64,000 bases of DNA from Promethearchaeota archaeon (GCA_019058245.1 JAHPZJ010000019.1:2371-66370); one strand, 5' to 3'; positions 38,701 through 50,015 are shown, numbered from the stretch's first letter. Notes: a model not told the origin generated them from the letters alone. Numbers and translations: made by a program.

Positions 38701-39921
38701 TTAACCAATTAAATCCTTTTTCCTAACATCTGGTGCTTTAAATAGAATTAACCCCGTTATAAGCATTATACAAGCAGCTACTGCGAAAGGTGGCCATCCT
38801 ACTAAATTTATAAGAGATCCATCCCTCATAGCACTAACCATAGTAAGATCTACAACAAATCCCATTAATATTGGTCCAATTACAAAACCAATATCTCCAA
38901 TCGTTCTATACACACCCATATAAATCTCAAGCTTATCTCTCGGAGCAATATCCGTAACATAAGCCGCGATTGGACCTGATAATCCACTTATAGCTCCATA
39001 TATAAAAATAACTAATGAAATATAGAAAAAATTCCCTGTAAAAGCAATCCATAGGGTCACTGGTGCTGATAAAATAAGAGACATTAACAGCGGTGTACGT
39101 CGTCCTATTTTATCTGAAAGTAAACCTATAAAAACCATTGTAATAGCAGTTGCAATACCCGCAATAGTTAGTAGAATACCAATACTGGCCTCATTTAAAC
39201 CAAGATCATTTCCCGAAAAAAGAGGTACAAGAGTATTTCTTACTCCTGTTCGTATAAAGAATAGCGCGAAAATTGAGGGAAGAACTGGTATAAATCTTGA
39301 ATCTTTTAAACTAAACCATGCCTCCTGATAAAGTTCATTTATTCCGATATGCTTTTCATCATTGTTCTTATTGATATGAGGTAAAATGAGTGTAGGAATG
39401 ATCCCAATTGCAGATATTATGGCATAAGCTAAAAATGGGGCACGAATACCGTAAGAATCTGCTACAAAACCACCAAAACTCGGACCAAAAATAGCTCCCA
39501 ATAATAAAAATCCAGAATATATACTCATTAAAAATCCCCTTCTCTCTGGGCTGGTAACCAAGGCAATAAATATAGTTGAAGTTGTTACATATATTGCAGA
39601 ACCAAATCCTTCAATGATTCGTGCAAATAATAAGATCCAATAATTTTGGGCTAATCCTGCCATAATTGAGGAAGATGATACAAGAACCAATCCTATGAGC
39701 ATCAAGTACTTTTTATTATATATTTGAGCCAAGAACCCTACAGGCAAATCAATGAACATACGTGCTATACCGAATGCTGAAACAACAAGTCCAACAAGTG
39801 TATAATTCACATTAAAAGATTCAGCATAGTAAGGTAATATCGGAGAAATAATACTCAATCCTAATAACACTAGAAATGTGACAATCGAAAGATTTAATGT
39901 AGTTATAATATCTTTTTGTAT
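38701..39921 (-). CDS. MFS transporter (likely ATA start at 39921; ORF track start 39870)
   Basis: 12-TM MFS pattern with GLLSDKIGRR; TM1 begins upstream of GTG 39870; SD GGGGAG. Confidence 0.88.
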   Translation of the reverse strand: MQKDIITTLNLSIVTFLVLLGLSIISPILPYYAESFNVNYTLVGLVVSAFGIARMFIDLPVGFLAQIYNKKYLMLIGLVLVSSSSIMAGLAQNYWILLFARIIEGFGSAIYVTTSTIFIALVTSPERRGFLMSIYSGFLLLGAIFGPSFGGFVADSYGIRAPFLAYAIISAIGIIPTLILPHINKNNDEKHIGINELYQEAWFSLKDSRFIPVLPSIFALFFIRTGVRNTLVPLFSGNDLGLNEASIGILLTIAGIATAITMVFIGLLSDKIGRRTPLLMSLILSAPVTLWIAFTGNFFYISLVIFIYGAISGLSGPIAAYVTDIAPRDKLEIYMGVYRTIGDIGFVIGPILMGFVVDLTMVSAMRDGSLINLVGWPPFAVAACIMLITGLILFKAPDVRKKDLIG

Positions 39922-40001
39922 TAATATCTCCCCTTGAACTGAATATAATTAAAAAAAAAATTATAAATTAAAAAACTTTTTTTCAAGATTAGTTCGGAAA
40001 T

Positions 40002-41246
40002 TTATCCATAATGTTTTTCTTCCTCATGCTCAGCATCAATAGCATCTTTTTCTAAATCACGACCAAGCCATTTCTCATTTAAAATTTCCTTATAATATTC
40101 ATGTTGGATGATTAAATTCATAATTTCTGTTGTTCCTGTCCAAATCTCACCTATTCTAGCGTCTCTTAATAACCTTTCAATTGGATAAACTGTTGTATAG
40201 CCAATTCCTCCCATAATTTGCATGGAATTATTAATTACTTTCCAACACGATTTAGTTGAAAATTTTTTCGATTCAGATACTAATCTTCTTTGAAGAGCAG
40301 GTGGGGCTCCGGCGTCAATACTTCTGGCAGTGTTATAAACAAAGGATCGTGTTGCGTCTAGTAATGTAATGCTATCAGCTATCAGAAAATTCACACCTTG
40401 AAAGTTCCTTATCGTTTGCCCGAAAGCTTTTCTTTTTGTACTGTATTTTGTGGCAATTCTTAAACACGCCCTCGCAAGACCAATAAAGCCCGAAGCTGTA
40501 GTTAAACGTTCAGGAACCATCATTTGATAAAAAATCTTTCCACCAGCACCTTCTTCAATAATAACATTTTCTTCAGGAACTATAACATTATTAAATTTTA
40601 TTCTACCTGCACCACCACCTCTAGTTCCTAATATACCATATAGATATTCAACAGAAACATTTTCGGTTCTTTCTACTATAAATAAACTTAAATTATAATG
40701 TGGATTGGCTTTTGGATCCAAATTAGTTTTTGCATAAACCAGAAAGAAATCCGCCCCTTCTGCGCCTACAACAAAACGCTTTTCTCCATTTAAGATATAA
40801 TGATCACCTTCTTTCTCCGCTGTGGAAGTAGCTCCAAAGAAATCAGATCCTCCTCTTGGTTCAGTTAAAGCTTCAGCAGTGAATTTCTTCCCTTCACACA
40901 TAGGTTTAAGATATTTCTGTTTTTGTTCTTCAGTTCCAAACATGTTCAGAGCTTCTCCGCAAATACTAGGTAAAGAAAATAAACATGCAAGTGAACTCCC
41001 TAATACTCCAATTTCTTCTTGAGCTATAATTTCACTCTCCCAATTCAATCCTCTTCCTCCATATTCTTTAGGAAATCTTATTCCTATTAGATTTTGTTTT
41101 GCTAATGCATTTAACCATTCAGTAGGATATTGAATCTCATCTTTATCCATTTTTTTTAATAATGAGGGGGGAACTGTGTTTTTAACGAATGTTCGTACTT
41201 CATTTCTAAATTTTTTGTTTTTTTCACTTAGTAGATAATCATACAT
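40002..41246 (-). CDS. Acyl-CoA dehydrogenase
   Basis: [52 protein letters not shown]. Confidence 0.95.
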   Translation of the reverse strand: MYDYLLSEKNKKFRNEVRTFVKNTVPPSLLKKMDKDEIQYPTEWLNALAKQNLIGIRFPKEYGGRGLNWESEIIAQEEIGVLGSSLACLFSLPSICGEALNMFGTEEQKQKYLKPMCEGKKFTAEALTEPRGGSDFFGATSTAEKEGDHYILNGEKRFVVGAEGADFFLVYAKTNLDPKANPHYNLSLFIVERTENVSVEYLYGILGTRGGGAGRIKFNNVIVPEENVIIEEGAGGKIFYQMMVPERLTTASGFIGLARACLRIATKYSTKRKAFGQTIRNFQGVNFLIADSITLLDATRSFVYNTARSIDAGAPPALQRRLVSESKKFSTKSCWKVINNSMQIMGGIGYTTVYPIERLLRDARIGEIWTGTTEIMNLIIQHEYYKEILNEKWLGRDLEKDAIDAEHEEEKHYG

Positions 41247-41510
41247 TTTTGATTCTCTCTTAATGATATTTTAATAGCGATAAAGTAATTAAGAGTTCAA
41301 TAAAAATAATAATTTGGATTATTATCATTTTTTTTTTTATTAATAGCTATTTTGAAGTTCCATTGTAGTTCAATAATTAAAACTATAAATAATCAAAATT
41401 ACTTATTTTGCACACTATATAGTAAATTTATCGATTTTTTTTTAGATATTATTCGAAAAATCATAAAATTATACTTTATAATCTTAAAAAATTAAATATA
41501 CAATTCACCA

Positions 41511-42779
41511 ATGTTCGCTAAAATTAAAAAAGGCTATAAGGAATATCCCAAAACATTTAAAGTGCTGACCTTCGCCACTTTCATTGACCAAATAGGGACT
41601 TTCTTATTATATCCTTTTTTTGCTCTGTATGTAACTGAACGTTTTGGTGTAGGAATGATAGAAGTAGGATACCTATATTCAATCTTTGCTTTGGGAAATA
41701 TATTTGGAAATATAATCGGAGGAGCCTTAGCTGATAAATATGGGCGTCGTGCAATGGTTTTAATTGGTTTAATTGTAAGTGGGATAGGAAGTATCTTAAT
41801 GGGATTAGCTAATAATTTAAACACTTTTTATATACTTGCAGCGTTTCTAGGTTTAATAGGCAATTTTGGAGGTCCCGCACGACAAGCAATGGTGCCAGAT
41901 TTACTTCCAAAAGAAAAACAAGCCGAAGGATTTGGAATCCTACGCGTTGCTTTTAATCTCTCAGCTGTGATTGGTCCTATATTGGGTGGATTTATGGCAA
42001 CCAGATCCTATATGTTATTATTTATTTCTGATGCAATAAGCAGTATTATTACTGCTATTATAGTGTTTATTGTCATTCCAGAAACTAAACCTCAAACTCA
42101 GGATGAAACTTCAAAAGAATCAGTCATGAAAACATTAATAGGATATAAAGATGTTGTAAAGGACTGGAAATTTATGATTTTCATTGCAGTATCAGCTATA
42201 ACAGTTTTAGTATATATGCAGATGAATGGTCCACTATCAGTTTTCTTAAGAGATGTTCATGGGTTTCCCCTAGAAAATTTTGCTTGGTTAGTGAGTATGA
42301 ATGCAATAATAGTTGTTGTTTTTCAATTCTGGATAACTAAAATGATTTCGAAATATGCTCCTATGAAAATGATGGCTTTTGGAACGATTTTTCTTATGAT
42401 TGGTTTTGGGATGTATGGGTTTGTCTCCGAACCATATATGTTTTTTGTTGCTATGGCTATTATCACAGTGGGTGAATGTATTGTATTCCCTCTTGGACAA
42501 AGTACAGCAGCAGCATTTGCTCCAGAAGATAAACGCGGAAGGTATATGGCTATGTTTGCTTTTCAGTGGATGATTCCAAATCTGTTTGGTGTTTTAGTTG
42601 CTGGATTAGTTATGGAATATATTGGACCAAACTGGTTATGGTATTTCGCTGCGCTTTTATCTCTTCTTTCAATAATTGGATTTTTATTACTTAATAGAAT
42701 TACTACAATACATATTCTTGAAGAAAAAGAGCCTATAAATGAAGAATTTACTGAAATGGCTGTTCCATCAATTGAATGA
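41511..42779 (+). CDS. MFS transporter
   Basis: Motif A GALADKYGRR; RGRYM; 12 TM segments. Confidence 0.93.
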   Translation: MFAKIKKGYKEYPKTFKVLTFATFIDQIGTFLLYPFFALYVTERFGVGMIEVGYLYSIFALGNIFGNIIGGALADKYGRRAMVLIGLIVSGIGSILMGLANNLNTFYILAAFLGLIGNFGGPARQAMVPDLLPKEKQAEGFGILRVAFNLSAVIGPILGGFMATRSYMLLFISDAISSIITAIIVFIVIPETKPQTQDETSKESVMKTLIGYKDVVKDWKFMIFIAVSAITVLVYMQMNGPLSVFLRDVHGFPLENFAWLVSMNAIIVVVFQFWITKMISKYAPMKMMAFGTIFLMIGFGMYGFVSEPYMFFVAMAIITVGECIVFPLGQSTAAAFAPEDKRGRYMAMFAFQWMIPNLFGVLVAGLVMEYIGPNWLWYFAALLSLLSIIGFLLLNRITTIHILEEKEPINEEFTEMAVPSIE

Positions 42780-43005
42780 GAGATCTTTGATTTTTTGTTA
42801 TTAATTACTTAGCATTTATTAATATTCTAAAAATACAAATTTTTTATTTAAGATCGTGAAACGCATCTTTCACGAAAAATTTTAAGGCAATTTTCTAATA
42901 TTTTGAATTATTCAAATGTTCGAAAAGTGCACCTTAATACTTTAAATATAAAGGAGATTCTAATTCTATAAATAATTTATTTAAATAAGATTTAAACATC
43001 AAATA

Positions 43006-43731
43006 ATGAATAGCAATATAATGAAATCCACTGTAATTAAAATTTACATATTACTTACTAGTTACTTCTTCGGTTTGTTAATATGGCCAAGCATTTCTTA
43101 CCATTTAAAGATATATGATCCTTTTGGTTGTATCTTTTTTAATTATCTATTATTATGTAGTATATTTTTTATTTTAGATCTTTATAGGATAAAGAATAAA
43201 AACCCCTTCAATTATATCATGAAATTTATTATTTTATTGGCATTTCTTATTGAAGGTATTGGGCTTCAAATTTCCTTACCAGAATTTAATTCAATGCTTT
43301 GTATGATACCATCGCTCTACGCTTATAATGGACTCAAGGTTGCTTTTGCGGCATCCGTTACTGGTGGATTATTCATATTTATTTATCTTATTTCTTCTCT
43401 TATATACCAGATAAAAAAATCTATAGAAAAACCTAAAAAATATCATGATATTCAAGAGAAGGATAGAAATCAGAAAGAAAGATTCATAATCCAAGATAAT
43501 TCCTTGTTTTATATCTCAATTAGTCTTTTATTTTTTCATATTTCATTCTTAATACCATCTATTTTTGAAAGTATAGGATGTAATGGAATTCCTGATAATT
43601 CAATACCACCAGTAGGCCTCTTTTGGATTTTTCCGGGAATATTTTCTATTATATATTTATTATTTCTTATGGTAAGAAGACTCAAAATTAGATTAGCTGA
43701 AAAAAGAGCTCTATTAATCTCTCATGATTAA
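43006..43731 (+). CDS. Hypothetical multi-pass membrane protein
   Basis: 241 aa with about six hydrophobic segments. Confidence 0.7.
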   Translation: MNSNIMKSTVIKIYILLTSYFFGLLIWPSISYHLKIYDPFGCIFFNYLLLCSIFFILDLYRIKNKNPFNYIMKFIILLAFLIEGIGLQISLPEFNSMLCMIPSLYAYNGLKVAFAASVTGGLFIFIYLISSLIYQIKKSIEKPKKYHDIQEKDRNQKERFIIQDNSLFYISISLLFFHISFLIPSIFESIGCNGIPDNSIPPVGLFWIFPGIFSIIYLLFLMVRRLKIRLAEKRALLISHD

Positions 43732-44888
43732 TTCAGTTGATTTTCAATCTCAAATATTATTTTGAGATATTTATACTTAGAATTAAGTAATTTTAGAACT
43801 TTATCAACAAAAATTCTTAAATTCTCTGCTTGAATTTTCTTTTCATCTTTTTGTTCAAGTAAAAATTCATGAAGCATCTTTCTTGTCTCACTAGGACCAT
43901 TTTCCTTAAAAAATTTCATCCAGTGAATTGAAATATTACATATTTTTTTTATATTCTTATTTGAATACTCATTTATATCAAGGATTTTCTCATGATATTT
44001 ATTTATAGCATAACTAACCCTTTCTAAATAATCGGCAGTACCCAATGAATATCTACATAAACTGATTAGATTTGAGGTGATTCTAGAGCTCCTAGTATTA
44101 GTTGCAGCTTCAAAGGACTCCCATATTTCATTCATTTCTTTATTTTTTCTATTTGCTAAATCGGAATTATATAAGGCTACATTCATGATATCACTAAGAT
44201 CAACATCATGTCCCCTTTTTAGTTTTTTATTAAAAATTTCTTTCAATCCCGTTCCTTCAAGATAACTTCCTGCTCCAAAGTCAAGTAACTGATTTAAATT
44301 GTTTGCAGCACACAGCTCCTCATATCTTACCTCTCCCGTATCAGGATTAGTCCATTGAACTTGTTTCTCAAACTCACCAGTTTCTTTATTCTTAACCCAT
44401 CCACACTCTTTTAAAGCATGATCTAAAACACCAACTTCAAAACACCAAAAGTCTATATCATCTGTAAAGCGTTTTCTTCTCCAATCTCTTGAAGTATATT
44501 TTCCTAAATATAATTTTAAAGTACCTCGAACTATAGCTTTCTTTCCTTCTTTTAATGCTTTTTTAGCACTATCACAATATGGATTAAGTGAATCTTCGGA
44601 ACACGTGATAATATGATTTAAAACTTTCCTAGCTTCACCTGCAACGATATCACAAGGAATATTCCCATCCGAAGGATACATTCTAGATCCTCCATCTAAG
44701 TATTTTTTAAATAACTTTAATTCATCTTCAGGTATCTTATACCAAGGATTATTAAACATTAACTTACTGAACACATAGTGAGTGAAACCATTTTCATCTA
44801 ATCTTGTTTTTTCTGGTAAGGGTGAGACATCTCTTAGATTATCTCCTTTTTGCTGAGTATCAGCTTTAATATCCCAAATTGATGTCAT
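43728..44888 (-). CDS. Hypothetical protein with Pol-beta/AbiEii-like nucleotidyltransferase motifs
   Basis: IVRGT..LY, R.TDDIDF, KKLKR..DVDLSD. Confidence 0.55.
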   Translation of the reverse strand: MTSIWDIKADTQQKGDNLRDVSPLPEKTRLDENGFTHYVFSKLMFNNPWYKIPEDELKLFKKYLDGGSRMYPSDGNIPCDIVAGEARKVLNHIITCSEDSLNPYCDSAKKALKEGKKAIVRGTLKLYLGKYTSRDWRRKRFTDDIDFWCFEVGVLDHALKECGWVKNKETGEFEKQVQWTNPDTGEVRYEELCAANNLNQLLDFGAGSYLEGTGLKEIFNKKLKRGHDVDLSDIMNVALYNSDLANRKNKEMNEIWESFEAATNTRSSRITSNLISLCRYSLGTADYLERVSYAINKYHEKILDINEYSNKNIKKICNISIHWMKFFKENGPSETRKMLHEFLLEQKDEKKIQAENLRIFVDKVLKLLNSKYKYLKIIFEIENQLN

Positions 44889-44974
44889 ACGAGATATTAT
44901 ATTGAATGTTGCTTTTAAAAATTATTAATTTAAAATATAAAATTTATTTTAAATCTAAACCCTATTGATAATAT

Positions 44975-45658
44975 ATGAACAGTTTTTTTCGCATATTTAC
45001 TCTCACTCCTTGGGATTCGCTTAATTTAAAAACTCTAACTGAAGTAAAATTATATTCATTGAAAAACATATTTAAAACCTTTCCCGTAATTGAACCTGAG
45101 TTTTTCGATGATCTCCTTTCAAATCTGTACAAATTTGATCATTACTCCTTGATTGAAAGCATCAAACGAATTGTTGGTCCTGAGAATGAGGATTATGATA
45201 TAGAACCATGGAATTTTATATGGGGAATGGATAATGAAAGAAGAATCTTTCAATTTTTATTTCAAAGAGTTAAAAATGAAATTAAAGGATCTCAAGCAAC
45301 ATTAGTAGCATTAGCTCCTCCAGAATTAGGAACATTATTTGCTCAATATAAAAAAGAAGCACTCCATAGGACTTTATCTCTTCTAAATAATCCAAAAAAC
45401 ATGAAATTTTTGCTAGTTTTATCACCTAAAGGAAAATCTGTTGCCGAAAAGCAGCAATTGCTTCATATAAGTAAGAAAGAATTAGAAAAATTTAAATTTA
45501 AAGAAAAGCTCAAACAAATGCCAAATATTAAAGGAGAGTGGGTTGTAACTCGTTCCCCAAGGTGTTCCAACTGCGGAAAAGAATTTCCAGAGATAAAGGC
45601 TTTGAACGTGTGGTCTTTTAAATTTAAATGTCCATATTGCGGACATCAGAATAAATAA
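44975..45658 (+). CDS. Hypothetical protein with a C-terminal zinc ribbon
   Basis: CSNCG..CPYCG at the C-terminus. Confidence 0.7.
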   Translation: MNSFFRIFTLTPWDSLNLKTLTEVKLYSLKNIFKTFPVIEPEFFDDLLSNLYKFDHYSLIESIKRIVGPENEDYDIEPWNFIWGMDNERRIFQFLFQRVKNEIKGSQATLVALAPPELGTLFAQYKKEALHRTLSLLNNPKNMKFLLVLSPKGKSVAEKQQLLHISKKELEKFKFKEKLKQMPNIKGEWVVTRSPRCSNCGKEFPEIKALNVWSFKFKCPYCGHQNK

Positions 45659-45756
45659 AAATACTTATTTTTCAGATAAAAAATTAAAAATAATTTTTAT
45701 TGAATCGTACGATATATAATTTATTAAAAAAAAATATAATTGGAGCTAAATTAGAA

Positions 45757-47292
45757 ATGTTTGTAGCTGCTTTAGATTTAGGAACAACCGGATGTAGAAC
45801 TTTTATTTTTGATTTAGCAGGTACGATTATTGCTAGTGATTATCAAGAATGGCGGAGTTTTTATCCATCACCCTCATTTGTTGAACAAGATGCCAATGCG
45901 TGGTGGGAATCTATTAAAACAACAATTGAAAAGGCAATAAAAAAAAGTGGAATTGATAAAACTGAGATTGTAAGTCTTTCGGTAACAAATCAGAGGGAAA
46001 CAATTGTTCCTGTAGATAAAGATGGTAATCCGCTTCATAATGCTTTAGTATGGCAGGATAGAAGGACAGTAAATCAGGTGGAATATATTAAAGCTAAAAT
46101 TGGGATTGATAAGATTTATAAAACAACAGGATTAACAATTGATCCATATTTTTCAGCCACAAAAATACTTTGGTTTAAAGATAAGAAACCTGAAATCTAT
46201 CAAAAAACTCATAAATTCTTACTTGTCTCGGATTTCATTATTTATAAATTAACAGGGAAATTCTGTACAGATTACTCAAATGCCTCAAGAACAATGCTAT
46301 TTGATATTAATAACTTAAAATATTCTGAAGAAATTGCATCGGAAATGGAGATAGACTTAGATAAAATGCCAGACACATTTGAAAGCGGAGTTGATATTGG
46401 AGAAATTGTTACCGAAGAAACTTTATTTGATAAAAAAACATTAGTAGTAACTGGTGCAGGAGATCAACAATCAGCCGCTTTGGGAGTAGGAGTAGTATCT
46501 CCCGGTGAAATTAAATGCACAACTGGAACTGGTAGTTTTATTCTAGCTTATTTAAAACAACCCAAATTTGATCCCGAGAAACGTGTCTTATGTAGTTGTC
46601 ATGCAGTTCCTGGTGCATGGATTCAAGAAGCTAGTATTTTTACGACTGGAGCAGTACTTAGATGGTTTCGAGATGAATTAGGACTAGCAGAGTGTCAAGC
46701 TGCTCAAGAAGGCCAAGATCCTTATGAAATAATTTCCTCTGAGGCAGAAAATTCGTCAATTGGAGCAAATGGAATACTTCTCATACCCCATTTCGTTGGA
46801 GCTGGAGCTCCTCATTGGAATCCGTTTGCAAAAGGCTTAGTGTTTGGTTTATCTTTAGGCCATGAAAGAAAAGATCTATATAGGGCAGTACTCGAGGGTG
46901 TAGCCTATGAAATTAGAAAAAACATCGAAGTTTTTAAAAATCTAGGGATTGAACCAAAAGAATTAATGTTAACAGGGGGAGGATCTCGATCTGATTTTTG
47001 GAATCAGATTTATGCTGATGTACTCGGTATTACATGTGTTCGAAATATCATAGAAGAATCAACTTCATTAGGTGCTGCGATTTTAGCTGCATCGGGAGCT
47101 GGGCTTTTTCCAGATATTGCAAAAGCCGCTGAAAATTTATGTAAAGTCGATAAAAAGTGGCTTCCTAATGATAATCGACATAAACAATATGAGAAATTCT
47201 ATAATTTGTCTTATGAAATTTATAATATCTTGAATAGTAAAAGTATATACAAGAAATTCAATGATCTTACTTTACCTAAAGACTCTGAATAA
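45757..47292 (+). CDS. FGGY-family carbohydrate kinase (xylulokinase/glycerol kinase-like)
   Basis: DLGTTG, TNQRET, WQDRRT, TDYSNASRT, GDQQ, TGGGS. Confidence 0.93.
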   Translation: MFVAALDLGTTGCRTFIFDLAGTIIASDYQEWRSFYPSPSFVEQDANAWWESIKTTIEKAIKKSGIDKTEIVSLSVTNQRETIVPVDKDGNPLHNALVWQDRRTVNQVEYIKAKIGIDKIYKTTGLTIDPYFSATKILWFKDKKPEIYQKTHKFLLVSDFIIYKLTGKFCTDYSNASRTMLFDINNLKYSEEIASEMEIDLDKMPDTFESGVDIGEIVTEETLFDKKTLVVTGAGDQQSAALGVGVVSPGEIKCTTGTGSFILAYLKQPKFDPEKRVLCSCHAVPGAWIQEASIFTTGAVLRWFRDELGLAECQAAQEGQDPYEIISSEAENSSIGANGILLIPHFVGAGAPHWNPFAKGLVFGLSLGHERKDLYRAVLEGVAYEIRKNIEVFKNLGIEPKELMLTGGGSRSDFWNQIYADVLGITCVRNIIEESTSLGAAILAASGAGLFPDIAKAAENLCKVDKKWLPNDNRHKQYEKFYNLSYEIYNILNSKSIYKKFNDLTLPKDSE

Positions 47293-47460
47293 AAATTAGA
47301 ATTTATATCATAATACTCAATTTTATATATTTTAAATGTTATTTTTTCTATAATCAAAATTACTCGGTATTATATAGAGCAAATTTCTTTTTATAATGCT
47401 GAAACCAGTTGAGTAGAAAAAGAAATAGTACAAATCGACACTATAAAAAAAAAATAAAAT

Positions 47461-48078
47461 GTGAAAAAAATGGAAAATAATTCTACAAGTATTGTAAAAG
47501 AGTATAGTAAAAACCAAAGAATAGTAGCTTTAGTATTTTATATCCTAATTGTTAGTGCGAGTTTAATTACTATTTTAGGAGTTATATGGACTCTAGCGGA
47601 CATATTTATCGGAACTACTGGTAAATTTGAGCAATTTATATCTCTAAACTTAGGATATCAAATAGCTATTATTGGTGGACTTTTGGCAGGATTATTTTTT
47701 ATATTAATTTTCTTTTTTGGGTTATTTAAAAGAACTTCGAAATCATTGATTAATTTTATTTATAAAAAAAGAGAGCTTGAGGAAAAATACAAAAATCGTA
47801 TTGATGTCAAAATTGCGGTAGCAGGATTATTAGTAAGTCTAATAGGTATCATAATTGGTTTAATATTTGCAATTATTCTTGAGATTTTGAGTTTTTCCAC
47901 TGGAGAATCTTCCAGCCTTCTAACTATTTTTGGTAGTACAGGACCTTGGGTTTTATTCATTGGTGCGGGAATATTTTTATGTATTGGGATTGCTCTTTTT
48001 ATGATTTACTTCTGGAAGAATGGAAAATTTACTATTTTGAGACTTATTGGAGCTATTGAGAAGGAAAGTAAAGATTGA
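47461..48078 (+). CDS. Hypothetical 4-TM membrane protein with an internal duplication
   Basis: Two similar TM-hairpin halves. Confidence 0.7.
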   Translation: MKKMENNSTSIVKEYSKNQRIVALVFYILIVSASLITILGVIWTLADIFIGTTGKFEQFISLNLGYQIAIIGGLLAGLFFILIFFFGLFKRTSKSLINFIYKKRELEEKYKNRIDVKIAVAGLLVSLIGIIIGLIFAIILEILSFSTGESSSLLTIFGSTGPWVLFIGAGIFLCIGIALFMIYFWKNGKFTILRLIGAIEKESKD

Positions 48079-48224
48079 GTGCCAAAAAAAGCTAGATAAG
48101 AAAAATATCCATTAATTATAATTAAATCAGAAATTTTTTGCTCTTATATTTTTTTTATTTTATATTATCATCAAATTAATTTAATGTAAAAATTTACTCA
48201 ATTTATCTATGCCGATTTGATTTT

Positions 48225-49751
48225 ATGGCAATTAAAGTTGGAACTGTATTTAATTACTTACAATTACCTAATGTATCTAAATTTGCATTTGTTATTAATA
48301 AAAGACAAGATGGTACCCTTATACAAAAAGGATTATTTGTCTATACAAATTCGAGTGAAGGATTCTTAATTGGAACGATTGAAGAGATTGTCTTATTGAA
48401 TGAGTATTTTGCTGATGCTCTTACAATCAAAGCGTTTAACAATAATAATAATCCTAACATCCTTAAAGGTCTTTTTCCCAGTGATGATTTTGAATTTGCA
48501 ATTGCGATAGTGAAATGCCTAGGGCTGATAATATTTAAGGATAAAGACAATCAAGAAATTGTAAGAGTTCAACGAATGAGTTATCCTGCGAGTCCAGGAA
48601 AAGAAGTATATATGGTAGAGGAAGAAGTTCTTAATAAGTTCTTAGGATTCGATAGTAAAGCTGGTTTAAATTTAGGACGAGTGAAGGTAACAAATTCTGA
48701 AGCACTAGTCAATATGAATAGATTGCTAAATAAGCATTTTGCTATTCTTTCAATCTCAGGAGGTGGTAAGAGTTACCTTACATCAGTACTTATCGAAGAA
48801 TTACTGATAAGAAATAAGGATTTTGGAACACCTTCCATAATTTTATTTGATGTACATGGAGAATATTTGTATTTAAAAGATATTCCTAAGTTTAAAGACA
48901 GAGTGAAAATTCAAGATATCTCATACTTTCAAATAGGAGTACCTAAATTATCCGCCTATTCTTTCAAAAAATATCAAGAACAAATTTCATCAGTTCAATT
49001 AAGAGAACTCTCTAAATATATAAAAAAATTGAGGAAAGAAAAACAAAAGAAAAATCAATATTCTTTAACTGATATAATTAAAGTTGTTGAAGAAGAAACT
49101 GATGGAAACAAGAGTACAAAACAAGCATTAATAGGGTGGCTCTCAGAATTGGAACGATTGACTCTCTTTGGATCTCAGGAGAATCCTTCATTAGATAAAG
49201 TAGTGAATAATCAAGAAATCACTATTTTTAACTTTCAGAAAGAAGTGAGTATTAGAAAAAAGCAAATTATTGTTGATTATATTTGCAACCGTCTATTTAA
49301 TCTCCGAAGAAATGACAATATAGCCCCATTTTTGCTCGTTGTAGAAGAGGCTCATCAATTCTGCCCAGAGGCAGCCCATTCCAAAGCCATCTCCAAACCT
49401 ATTATAGAAATGCTTGCTCGAGAGGGAAGAAAATTTATGGCATGCTTATGTTTAATTAGTCAGAGACCAAAAAAGTTGAGTACAACTGCATTATCTCAAT
49501 GCAATTCAAAATTAGTATTAAGTATTAAAAATCCATATGATTTAAAACATCTAATGGATAGTTCAGAAGCGATAACTAAAGAATACGCTAATATAATTTC
49601 AAGCTTGGGCGTTGGAGAAATGTTGTTGATGGGAAATGCAGTAAATTATCCTGTGTTCATTGATGTGAGAAAGAGAAAATTTAAATTAAGGGATGAAGCG
49701 AAATCTTTAGCCCAATTCTGTTTAGATTGGCAAAAAAAAGAATTAATATAA
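48225..49751 (+). CDS. herA: HerA-family (DUF87) ATPase/helicase
   Basis: N-terminal HAS barrel; KHFAIL..SGGGKS; FDVHGEY; VEEAH; REGRKF; SQRP..L...ALSQ. Confidence 0.88.
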   Translation: MAIKVGTVFNYLQLPNVSKFAFVINKRQDGTLIQKGLFVYTNSSEGFLIGTIEEIVLLNEYFADALTIKAFNNNNNPNILKGLFPSDDFEFAIAIVKCLGLIIFKDKDNQEIVRVQRMSYPASPGKEVYMVEEEVLNKFLGFDSKAGLNLGRVKVTNSEALVNMNRLLNKHFAILSISGGGKSYLTSVLIEELLIRNKDFGTPSIILFDVHGEYLYLKDIPKFKDRVKIQDISYFQIGVPKLSAYSFKKYQEQISSVQLRELSKYIKKLRKEKQKKNQYSLTDIIKVVEEETDGNKSTKQALIGWLSELERLTLFGSQENPSLDKVVNNQEITIFNFQKEVSIRKKQIIVDYICNRLFNLRRNDNIAPFLLVVEEAHQFCPEAAHSKAISKPIIEMLAREGRKFMACLCLISQRPKKLSTTALSQCNSKLVLSIKNPYDLKHLMDSSEAITKEYANIISSLGVGEMLLMGNAVNYPVFIDVRKRKFKLRDEAKSLAQFCLDWQKKELI

Positions 49752-50015
49752 ATCTGTAACTAAACCTTCTCTTAGAGCTTGATTATTTTTATTAAGAACA
49801 ATCATGTTCTTGTTTTTTGAAACACGAAATACATTAATTATTGCCATACTCTCCAACTTCATAAATAATTCTTCTAAAATTAATGAATTTACAAAAGGAA
49901 ATTCTTTTTTGAGAAGTTCCTCCAATCTTTTATCCAATATTTCTCCTTTATTTTTGATTAAAATATCGATTATAGAATTCATTACTGGTTTTTGATTCCA
50001 ACGATGAGATTCGAT
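49743..50015 (-). CDS. Small winged-helix protein (likely ATC start at 50015; ORF track ATG 49982)
   Basis: W..KP...IIDIL.KNKG...D..L and LFMKLE..AII.V pattern of small archaeal wHTH proteins; SD GGTGA. Confidence 0.7.
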   Translation of the reverse strand: MESHRWNQKPVMNSIIDILIKNKGEILDKRLEELLKKEFPFVNSLILEELFMKLESMAIINVFRVSKNKNMIVLNKNNQALREGLVTDLY

